This document shows, in pieces, positions 53,810 through 61,436 of a stretch of DNA of 61,502 nucleotides. Under the pieces are notes generated by a model. The model ran no database searches, was not told where the DNA came from, and worked only from the letters and a program-made list of their open reading frames with translations. The position numbers and the translations under genes were made by a program. This DNA comes from a virus, in IMG/VR virus record IMGVR_UViG_3300014954_000001; one strand, given 5' to 3'. Positions within the stretch are counted from its first letter, which is position 1; each line of letters begins with the position of its first letter.

Positions 53810-53829
53810 GAGGCTGCGATAGCAGCCTC
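53810..53829 (+). promoter_or_regulatory. GC-rich hairpin (8-bp stem, 4-nt loop) downstream of VR: DGR target-recognition element / tail-operon terminator
   Basis: gaggctgc-gata-gcagcctc followed by ttattttattttt. Confidence 0.65.
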
Positions 53830-53938
53830 TTATTTTATTTTTACCTTGCAATAACGAAATGCGATATAAAATAACAAATAAATCCGAAGCAGAACTATGT
53901 GTGGTAGAATGGAAAAAAATATGGTATAGAGGGACTTT

Positions 53939-54274
53939 ATGGAGGAATTAAAGATATTACAAAAGACCTTCGATATGATGAACTATGCTTATCCTGCATT
54001 GGCACAATACCCAAAGGGCGAGAAATTCGCCCTTGTTGTGGATATAAAGAGGTGCATGGATGTTATGTTGGAGAGGATTATCGAGGCCAACAAAAAGTAT
54101 TATAAGAAAACTACACTACAGGAATTAGATGTAGAAGTGGAAAAGTTAAAGGCATATGTCCGATTGTCGTATAACTTAGGTTTTTTACCTCCGAAAAAAT
54201 ATGAACAATGGTCCGGTCTGGTAGTTGAAATTGGCAGAATGGTAGGAGGCTGGATAAAGAGTGTAAGCAAGTAG
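53939..54274 (+). CDS. avd: DGR accessory variability determinant (Avd, four-helix-bundle family)
   Basis: 111 aa, basic and helical. Position between the target gene and TR. YPKGEKFALVVDIKRCMDVMLERIIEAN. Confidence 0.75.
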   Translation: MEELKILQKTFDMMNYAYPALAQYPKGEKFALVVDIKRCMDVMLERIIEANKKYYKKTTLQELDVEVEKLKAYVRLSYNLGFLPPKKYEQWSGLVVEIGRMVGGWIKSVSK

Positions 54275-54287
54275 GGTACGGAATACT

Positions 54288-54402
54288 GCGTTTGCCGATT
54301 TGCGGGGGCAACTGGAACAATGGTGCCAACGCTGGTGTCTTCAACTTGAACCTCAACAATCCCCGCTCCAATGCGAACTGGAACATCGGTTTCCGCTCCG
54401 CT
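54288..54402 (+). repeat. DGR template repeat (TR)
   Basis: 24 adenines, arranged as 11 AAY and 2 ATY codons in the VR frame. Lies between avd and RT. Confidence 0.93.
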
Positions 54403-54557
54403 CTGCCTTCAAGTCAGATGCTGCAGACCTAATGGGTGTGCAGTCAGTACAGAGGTGTAAAGGATTCCGTCTCCTTTGCTCTCGCAAAAAAAATGTAATG
54501 GGCATGAATGCCGGTAGTAGTATAAGCGAATCCCGCAATGCTCTGAAAGGAGATAAT

Positions 54558-55664
54558 ATGTCCATTAAAAATGTGTATGCTCAAATCGTATCTTTTGATA
54601 ATTTGCTACAGGCTGAGAAAGATGCCCGAGCAGGAAAAAGATATGAAAATGAGCAGCTTGCATTCTGGGGTAACCTGGAAGATAATATACATTCGATATC
54701 CGAAAAACTTAAATGCCATAATTATCCGCCAGACATATACCATCATTTTTATGTGTATGAGCCAAAATTGCGAAAAGTAATATTTTCTGATTACACAACA
54801 AAAGTAATTCAAAGGGCAGCATACAATGTACTCAATCCTATAGTTTGTAAAGGGATGATTAGTGATACCTATTCCTGCATAGAAGATAGAGGACAACTTA
54901 AATCTATGCAGAGATTAGCAGGGTGGGTTGATTTTGTAGAGAAAAGCGGTGAACGTTGGTACTATCTGAAAATGGATGTGGAGAAATTCTTCTATCGAAT
55001 GGATCATGAGGTGCTTATGAGCATAATCCGGAAAAAGATAGTGGACAAGGAAGCGGTTAGATTCCTTGAACATTATGTGTGCCATGCTTCCAGAGCATTT
55101 GGACTTCCGCTTGGAGTAAAGTCACCACTGGAAATATCGGATAAAGAAATGCTGTGGGATGTAGGGATTGCCATAGGCGGCGGATTGTCGCATATGTATG
55201 GCAATATGTATTTAAACCCTATGGACCAAATGGCAAAGAGAAAAGAGGGCATACAGTATTATATTCGTTATATGGATGATGTGATTATTTTATCGACGGA
55301 CAAGGAGTTGCTACACAGGTACAAGAATATGTTTTCTGATTTTTTAGGCGATGTTCTGAAACTTCGATTAAATAATAAAACAGCAATTAGACCTGTCTCA
55401 CATGGCCTGGAATTTGTTGGTTATACTATTCGCCCTTTTGATGTTCGATTGAGAAAAAGTACAAGCCTTAGAATGAAAAGGCATTTGAAAACAATACAGG
55501 AGCTTTATCGTGATTATGAGATAGACCTTGATAGAGCCCGCTCCACTCTTATGAGTTATAAGGCCTTGATGGACCATTGCGACTGCAGGGCTTTGGAAAA
55601 GAAAATATTTGAGGATTTTGTTCTTACGCACAATCCGAAGGAGGCTGATACAGAAAATGGATGA
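54558..55664 (+). CDS. DGR reverse transcriptase
   Basis: aaaggagataat, then ATG at 54558. RT motifs including YIRYMDDVIILS and IGGGLSHMYGNMYLNPMD. The ORF-track start at 54300 reads through TR. Confidence 0.88.
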   Translation: MSIKNVYAQIVSFDNLLQAEKDARAGKRYENEQLAFWGNLEDNIHSISEKLKCHNYPPDIYHHFYVYEPKLRKVIFSDYTTKVIQRAAYNVLNPIVCKGMISDTYSCIEDRGQLKSMQRLAGWVDFVEKSGERWYYLKMDVEKFFYRMDHEVLMSIIRKKIVDKEAVRFLEHYVCHASRAFGLPLGVKSPLEISDKEMLWDVGIAIGGGLSHMYGNMYLNPMDQMAKRKEGIQYYIRYMDDVIILSTDKELLHRYKNMFSDFLGDVLKLRLNNKTAIRPVSHGLEFVGYTIRPFDVRLRKSTSLRMKRHLKTIQELYRDYEIDLDRARSTLMSYKALMDHCDCRALEKKIFEDFVLTHNPKEADTENG

Positions 55665-55884
55665 AGACAATATGTTAGAACTGCTCGAACTTTATATGGA
55701 CATGGTTGAAAAACAGGATGAAATCATATACCGCCTTGGAAAAATCGTAGCCAGACAGGCAACGGATATTCAACTGTTGAAAAATGACAGGGAATTTTCG
55801 GACGATAAACTAACGGAGGATACAGCAATTGTAGATGAAGTTATCGGGCAGTATAACGATATGAAAAGCGAATTAGAGCCGTAA
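55657..55884 (+). CDS. Small hypothetical protein downstream of RT
   Basis: 75 aa. Start overlaps the RT stop. Followed by a terminator. Confidence 0.45.
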   Translation: MDEDNMLELLELYMDMVEKQDEIIYRLGKIVARQATDIQLLKNDREFSDDKLTEDTAIVDEVIGQYNDMKSELEP

Positions 55885-55897
55885 GGCTCTTTTTTTA
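55875..55897 (+). terminator. Rho-independent terminator ending the DGR operon
   Basis: agagcc-gtaa-ggctct followed by ttttttt. Confidence 0.65.
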
Positions 55898-55924
55898 TGC
55901 CCTTTGGAAGGAGGTGAGAGAACA

Positions 55925-56233
55925 ATGGAGGATCCAATTACAAGAGCTGAGTATGAAGAATACCAAAAGCGAATGGAGCAGGAAGACCACAGGCAGAACC
56001 GACGGATTGAACAGTTGGAGGAAAATACCAAGCAGATCAACGCTCTTACGGTATCAATAGAAAAACTGGCACAGAGTGTTGAAAGCATGGTTAGGGAGCA
56101 GGAGGCACAGGGGAAACGTCTCGTGTCTTTGGAAAGCAAAGACGGAGAAATGTGGAGAAAAGTCGTTGGTTATGTAATAACTGCGGTAATAGGAATTGTC
56201 CTAGGATTTGCATTTACGCAAATTGGAATGTAA
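55925..56233 (+). CDS. xhlA: XhlA-like lysis-associated membrane protein
   Basis: Coiled-coil N-terminus (HRQNRRIEQLEENTKQINAL) with a C-terminal TM segment. Confidence 0.6.
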   Translation: MEDPITRAEYEEYQKRMEQEDHRQNRRIEQLEENTKQINALTVSIEKLAQSVESMVREQEAQGKRLVSLESKDGEMWRKVVGYVITAVIGIVLGFAFTQIGM

Positions 56234-56266
56234 CTTTAGTTGAGATTATTTATAGGAGGAATCATC

Positions 56267-56593
56267 ATGAACATGGAATTTATTATTGCTAATGCGTCAC
56301 AGTTACTTGTTGTAGTTGCGGTTATCTGTACACTGATTTCTGTAATTACAGAGTTCACAAAGGAGATTGGTATTCTTAACAGAATCCCTACATCTTTGCA
56401 GGTCTTAATCCTGTCAATTATAATTTGCGTCACAGCCTTTTTTGCATATATTTCATATGCGAAAATCACCTTCGTGTGGTATTACCTTGTGGCTGTAATT
56501 TTTGCTTCATTTATTGTTGCTATTGTTTGCTGCAAAGGTTGGGAATATCTGATTACTATTTGGAAAAGGTTCTATAAGCCGGAGGATAAATGA
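56267..56593 (+). CDS. Holin
   Basis: 108 aa with three hydrophobic segments, immediately upstream of the endolysin region. Confidence 0.65.
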   Translation: MNMEFIIANASQLLVVVAVICTLISVITEFTKEIGILNRIPTSLQVLILSIIICVTAFFAYISYAKITFVWYYLVAVIFASFIVAIVCCKGWEYLITIWKRFYKPEDK

Positions 56594-56841
56594 GAACGGT
56601 GATTATGGTCTACATAATCATTGCAATTTTAGGATTCGCAGCAGGGGTGATTTTGCTTTGCAGGACAATGTATAAAACTATATCCAAAAGACACACAGAG
56701 AATACACCGGGGATAGTAATATTCCCGGTATTTCTTGTGTTAACATCAATAGCGTGGCCGCTGTGCCTAATTGCACTTTGTGTACTGACCATAAAAGAAT
56801 TGGATAATGAACAAAATAACTATGATCAAAGAGATTTGTAG
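56590..56841 (+). CDS. Small 2-TM membrane protein (holin-like/antiholin candidate)
   Basis: 83 aa with overlapping start. Confidence 0.5.
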   Translation: MRTVIMVYIIIAILGFAAGVILLCRTMYKTISKRHTENTPGIVIFPVFLVLTSIAWPLCLIALCVLTIKELDNEQNNYDQRDL

Positions 56842-56850
56842 GAGGAACAC

Positions 56851-58656
56851 ATGAAAGAACAGGATTTTATTCAGAAAATATGTGGATATGCGATAAGTGA
56901 TATGAAAGAGAACGGAATTCTTGCCTCTGTCACGATTGCTCAGGCTATTCTTGAAAGTTCCTGGGGTACATCTGAATTGGCGAAGAAAGCTAATAATTAC
57001 TTCGGCATGAAATGCTCTTTGAGCAGCAACTCGTGGGGAAGTGTATGGGATAGAGTATCAAAATACACAAAAGTCACAAACGAGCAGGATGAGGCCGGAA
57101 AAATTTATACTATCAAAGCGGATTTTAGGGCATATCCAGATATAGAAATGAGCATAAAAGACCATTCAATGTATCTTGTTGGTGCTATGAATGGAACGGA
57201 GCATAGATATTGTGGTATCGCAAATGAAAAAGACTACAGAAAAGCGGTTGAAATCATTAAAGCTGGAGGATATGCCACAGATATAAATTATGTGTCTAAG
57301 ATTTGCTCAATTATAGAGAAATATGAATTAACACAGTATGACGAAATGGAGGAATTGAATATGGGAATTGAAATCAGAAAGCAGATTGCAACGAATAGTC
57401 CCTGTAATAAAACGGGAGATGAAATTACTGTAAAGGGCTCTATGTTACATAGTGTAGGGTGTCCGCAGCCTAAGCCAGAAGTATTTGCAAAGATTTGGGA
57501 GACTTCTACAGGAGCCTGTGTTCATGCAGTTACAGGCGCTGACGCTTATGCAATTCAGTGTTTACCTCTTTTCCCGGAGCGGAAAAAGGCTAGAAGAGGA
57601 TGGCATGGAGCAAGTGGAAAGAATGGCAGTGTCAACAACACACATTTATCTCTTGAAATGACAGAGCCGGCTACAATTAAGTATGTGGGAGGGGCTACAT
57701 GGATTGAGACAGGAGACGGAAGCAATACCAAGAGACATGTCCTTGCAACATATGCGAATGCAGTACAGGTATTTGCTAAATGGTGCAAGGAATTTGGGCT
57801 AAATCCATTGGAGGATGGTGTAATTATCTCACATCATGAGGGAAATCAGAGAGGTATCGCAAGCAATCATGGGGATGTTGAGCACATTTGGAACAAGTTT
57901 GGACTTACTATGGATCAGTTTAGAGAGGATGTTAAGAAAGCCATGGGAGGACAGACGATTAACACAGTGCCAGATGCGCCAGTAGATAACAGCAGCGATG
58001 ATACAAGTTCACAGGCTGTCAATCCTTTGAGTGGTTCTGTGAAGATTATTTACACGGGGGATGATGGACTTAATGTAAGAAAAGCACCTTGTATATTGGA
58101 CAAGTATGTTGATCATGTTGAACACGCAGGCACATTCACTGTGGTTGGTATATCAGCAGATGAAAAGTGGTACAAGTTAAAGAGCGGGCTTTTTATCACA
58201 ACCATACCTGAATATGTATCATTCAAAGCAACACCGGAGCAGAAGCAGCAGACAGCAGGCACGGGATATTACAGAGTAAGAAAGAGCTGGGATGATGCGG
58301 GCTCACAGATTGGAGCATTCAAGAATCAGAACAATGCCATTGAATTATGCAAGCAGAATAGCGGATACAAGGTATTTGATAATGATGGCAATGAGATCTA
58401 TCCTTGCATCAAAGATGATGGTACTCCTTTTAAGTTCCGGGTAACAATTCCTGATCTCAGAATCAGAAAAGGACCAGGAACTACTTATGATTACTGGAAG
58501 AAAAATGGAAGTCCGGAATATACTGGTAAAAATGTATTTACAATCATTGATACAGCTGAAGGTCCGGGAGCTAAAATCTGGGGATTATTAAAATCGGGAG
58601 AAAAAGACAGAGACAGATGGATTTCTCTTGATGAAGATTATGGAAACAGACTGTAA
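56851..58656 (+). CDS. Bifunctional endolysin: N-acetylglucosaminidase plus N-acetylmuramoyl-L-alanine amidase plus SH3-like wall-binding repeats
   Basis: AQAILESSWGTSELAKKANNYFGMK (glucosaminidase). WHGASGKNGSVNNTHLSLEM...ISHHEG...NHGDVEH (amidase_2). C-terminal LNVRKAP...KWYKLKSG (SH3). Confidence 0.85.
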   Translation: MKEQDFIQKICGYAISDMKENGILASVTIAQAILESSWGTSELAKKANNYFGMKCSLSSNSWGSVWDRVSKYTKVTNEQDEAGKIYTIKADFRAYPDIEMSIKDHSMYLVGAMNGTEHRYCGIANEKDYRKAVEIIKAGGYATDINYVSKICSIIEKYELTQYDEMEELNMGIEIRKQIATNSPCNKTGDEITVKGSMLHSVGCPQPKPEVFAKIWETSTGACVHAVTGADAYAIQCLPLFPERKKARRGWHGASGKNGSVNNTHLSLEMTEPATIKYVGGATWIETGDGSNTKRHVLATYANAVQVFAKWCKEFGLNPLEDGVIISHHEGNQRGIASNHGDVEHIWNKFGLTMDQFREDVKKAMGGQTINTVPDAPVDNSSDDTSSQAVNPLSGSVKIIYTGDDGLNVRKAPCILDKYVDHVEHAGTFTVVGISADEKWYKLKSGLFITTIPEYVSFKATPEQKQQTAGTGYYRVRKSWDDAGSQIGAFKNQNNAIELCKQNSGYKVFDNDGNEIYPCIKDDGTPFKFRVTIPDLRIRKGPGTTYDYWKKNGSPEYTGKNVFTIIDTAEGPGAKIWGLLKSGEKDRDRWISLDEDYGNRL

Positions 58657-58781
58657 TAGTCAAGACGGTCAGTTGCTCCATAACCTATACCGATAAGATA
58701 TAACACAATCCGCTATAAAATAACAAACGACACAAAAAGATGTCAGAAAATGCTATTTTATAACGGAAGGAGCAACGACGT

Positions 58782-59039
58782 ATGATAAGAATTTTACTAT
58801 CTACAAAGCTCGGCGAAATGAAATGGAGTCAGGCGGATCTGGCCAGGGCAACCGGAATCAGACCCAACACCATCAGCGAATTGTACCATGAGTACACAGA
58901 TAGAGTGAATTTGGAACACCTCGACCTAATATGCGAGGCTCTACATTGCGAACTCGATGAACTGATTGTTAGGGTGCCAAATGATTATGCGAAGATTACC
59001 CACACCAGATCCGGCTCCTTGATTTCGTCAGACAAGTAG
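58782..59039 (+). CDS. Small XRE/HTH_26-type regulator
   Basis: MKWSQADLARATGIRPNTISELY...LDLICEALHCELDELI. Confidence 0.7.
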   Translation: MIRILLSTKLGEMKWSQADLARATGIRPNTISELYHEYTDRVNLEHLDLICEALHCELDELIVRVPNDYAKITHTRSGSLISSDK

Positions 59040-59063
59040 TGCTGCAACACTGCTGTCATAGAG

Positions 59064-59095
59064 AAAGACGTTCAAGGACCGAACGTCTTTTTTTA
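59064..59095. terminator. Convergent-gene terminator hairpin
   Basis: aaagacgttc-aaggacc-gaacgtcttt followed by a T-run on the + strand. Confidence 0.65.
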
Positions 59096-59106
59096 TACCA
59101 CAATAT

Positions 59107-59550
59107 TTATCTGCATTCAATGGTATTTCTATCCAATGAATTCTCAAATAGTGTTAAATCAAAATTGTTATCAATGTATCCCTGCCGGATGGTTTCTATG
59201 TAGGTCAAAGATGGTCTTCCGGGTGTACGCTGTTGGTTCATAATATAGACCATAGCTCTTTTCTTTTTCCCACCAATATCAACCATTACATTCTGCTTAT
59301 AATAATATCGGGGATATCCTTCATATATATCTAATCTTTTCTCGTCTTCTGGTTCAATATTCCATAGTAGAACAGGAACATATGAACCATGCTTTTTGGC
59401 TATTGTTGCGTGCGAATTGGTTGCACTGCCTCTATATAAAAGTTCCCAGTTAGTTAATTGTCCAGTGCCATAAATACTCGCAGAGGGGCATCTATAAGCC
59501 ATCTGCTTTAAGTTGAGATTGCTTCCGTATGCTACATACAATTTTCCCAT
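59107..59550 (-). CDS. Gamma-glutamylcyclotransferase (AIG2/GGACT-like) family protein
   Basis: MGKLYVAYGSNLNLKQM...WELLYRG...EGYPRYY. ATG at 59550 follows GGAGA. The track start at 59562 is TTG. Confidence 0.7.
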   Translation of the reverse strand: MGKLYVAYGSNLNLKQMAYRCPSASIYGTGQLTNWELLYRGSATNSHATIAKKHGSYVPVLLWNIEPEDEKRLDIYEGYPRYYYKQNVMVDIGGKKKRAMVYIMNQQRTPGRPSLTYIETIRQGYIDNNFDLTLFENSLDRNTIECR

Positions 59551-59596
59551 ATTATTCTCCAATCTCCCCGTTGTGCCGGTAGGTCAGCACTTTTTA

Positions 59597-60520
59597 CTAA
59601 GCTGCTCGACAAGTCATTCCGGCAGCTTTTTTAAGTGGTGTCATAAGATGAAGCCTGCATGTTTTAAATTCGTCTCCATAAAGTCCGAGGCGGTGAGTGA
59701 GAATGTTTCTCATAATTGTAACTTTCTGCTCTGGTGTGTATCCATCCATTGAACGGAATACGATTTTTTCTTGTGAAGTGATAGCCCATGCAGATACCGC
59801 CAAACAAAACTGTATGTAGGCCTTGATTTTGCCTGCGTGAAGTGTGCTGTTGAAAAGTCTGAATTCCACTGTACCCTTGGTGAAGAAAGAATGGAGATTT
59901 ACTCCATGATATCTTGTAGCATTGTAGTGCTGATGATCGATTCCACCGCAATAACCATCATTGGCTCTGCTATACCAGATTTCTTCGGCTTTTTCTTTTG
60001 TAAGATTCTTATCCTTTTTCATGGCATCAAGTAGCGTTTTGTTAAGTTTGTGGCACCAGTTACTCTCGCGGTCTCCGATTTGGAGAGCTTCGTAAATCAG
60101 ATCCTGTCTGGCTGTCATAAAGTTAACTAATCTTCTAAGAGATACTGCTGTATGGTTTGCACCATCGACATGGATATGAATGCCACAACTGCTATGAGCC
60201 TTTGCTCCGTTCTCTCGGAGTTTTCGTATGATGTTTTGGAGAAGTTCAATGTCGGAATAATTGAGCGGCGGTGTTACAAATTCGACTCTGTATTCGTCAA
60301 GAGGCTCGATTGTATCATCGTTTCTTATTGGTGTAATAGATGAATCTCTCATAATTTTCCATTTACGAGCTGCCCGATCGGCAATCGTGCGTGTGTGATA
60401 GCAATTTGATTCTGGATGAGAAGGCGCTGTTCCAAGAACTTCGGCAACGAGACGAGCTGCTTTTTCTCTTGTAATACCTGTCATTTCTACTTCAACTCCG
60501 AATAATTGATTTTTTATCAT
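59597..60520 (-). CDS. Amidoligase (glutamine-synthetase-like COOH-NH2 ligase, Amidoligase_2-type)
   Basis: FGVEVEMTGITREKAARLVAEVLG...VEFVTPPL...SCGIHIHVD...TVEFRLFNSTLH. AGGAGG lies 8 nt upstream. Confidence 0.7.
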   Translation of the reverse strand: MIKNQLFGVEVEMTGITREKAARLVAEVLGTAPSHPESNCYHTRTIADRAARKWKIMRDSSITPIRNDDTIEPLDEYRVEFVTPPLNYSDIELLQNIIRKLRENGAKAHSSCGIHIHVDGANHTAVSLRRLVNFMTARQDLIYEALQIGDRESNWCHKLNKTLLDAMKKDKNLTKEKAEEIWYSRANDGYCGGIDHQHYNATRYHGVNLHSFFTKGTVEFRLFNSTLHAGKIKAYIQFCLAVSAWAITSQEKIVFRSMDGYTPEQKVTIMRNILTHRLGLYGDEFKTCRLHLMTPLKKAAGMTCRAA

Positions 60521-60659
60521 ATATTTATCCTCCTAAATTATATTTCTGCTTTATTGAATTTTTATTCTGTTTCTATGAATATATTACCATATGTACACAC
60601 AGTGTCAATGCTTTTTTCTAATATTATGAATATTTTTTCTGAAAAAGCAGAATAAAAAG

Positions 60660-60688
60660 TTGACAAAACAGAAAAGTGAATTTATAAT
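60660..60688 (+). promoter_or_regulatory. Perfect consensus sigma-70-type promoter TTGACA-17-TATAAT
   Basis: ttgaca at 60660-60665, 17-nt spacer, tataat at 60683-60688. Drives the small ORF / HTH operon. Confidence 0.75.
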
Positions 60689-60705
60689 AAAACAGAGGTG
60701 ATTAT

Positions 60706-60867
60706 ATGGTTGATGAAAGATTGAAAGAGCAATACAATCAATCGGTTGTCGAGCTAAAGGAAGCTCTTAAAAGAGAGAGTATTTTTAACAGGATTTACCG
60801 AAATATGATTGTGATAATGGATAAATTAGAGAAAATTTTGCGAAAGACAGGAGGAGAAAGAAGATGA
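60706..60867 (+). CDS. Small helical protein (53 aa, not in ORF track)
   Basis: RBS agaggtg, then ATG at 60706. The stop overlaps the next ATG (ATGA). Confidence 0.5.
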   Translation: MVDERLKEQYNQSVVELKEALKRESIFNRIYRNMIVIMDKLEKILRKTGGERR

Positions 60868-61064
60868 TTTGTTATGATCGACTGTGGAAAACACTAATTG
60901 ATAAGCACTTGAAAAAGACGGAACTTCGGGATAAAATAGGAATAAGTAATGCTACATTAGCAAAACTTGGTAAAAACGAGCCTGTCAATCTCAAGGTTAT
61001 CGATGCTATATGCCAGGAACTTAATTGTGAGGTCGAGGATGTTTTAGAGATAAAACATCCATGA
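60864..61064 (+). CDS. Small XRE/HTH_26-type regulator (paralogue of 58782-59039)
   Basis: LKKTELRDKIGISNATLAKLGKNEPVNLKVIDAICQELNCEVEDVLE. Confidence 0.7.
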   Translation: MICYDRLWKTLIDKHLKKTELRDKIGISNATLAKLGKNEPVNLKVIDAICQELNCEVEDVLEIKHP

Positions 61065-61098
61065 TGTTGCTATAATTAGGAGGGAGGAAAAATAGACA

Positions 61099-61317
61099 TT
61101 GAGGCCATGCATAATATGCGGAACAAAAGAGCAACCTAAATTAACGAAGGAAGAGGAAAGAACGGCAGACTTATTGCTTGATTTGTTATCAGAAACTGCG
61201 GATATAGAAGGACCAAGCGTATTATCTGATTCGGACCTTGATTTTATTTGCGGAAAAATATGCGATAAATGTATATTGAAAATCAAAAAAGAAGAGGGCA
61301 TACTCGAAACGGAGTGA
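61099..61317 (+). CDS. Small Cys-rich (zinc-ribbon-like) protein (TTG start)
   Basis: CIICG...CGKICDKC. RBS gggagg at 61082-61087. Confidence 0.45.
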   Translation: MRPCIICGTKEQPKLTKEEERTADLLLDLLSETADIEGPSVLSDSDLDFICGKICDKCILKIKKEEGILETE

Positions 61318-61436
61318 TGTTTTTATGATGTTAATAAATATATGAAATAAAAGTAATGAAAGTAAGAAATAATAATTTTAACAAAAATAAGAGAAAAAAT
61401 AACGATGAACGTACACAGAAATGCTGTTACGAAATC

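Noticed and set aside
53865-53878. 14-mer tataaaataacaaa shared between the avd upstream region and the region upstream of the 58782 HTH gene (58714-58727)
   Set aside because: I considered it as a shared promoter or operator. It is AT-rich, short enough to occur by chance in 61 kb, and neither copy has a convincing -35 at proper spacing.
54300-54557. N-terminal 86-aa extension of the RT ORF (MRGQLEQWCQRWC...)
   Set aside because: This stretch is the template repeat plus spacer read in frame. There is no RBS at 54300, while ATG 54558 has one. I treat it as non-coding TR RNA.
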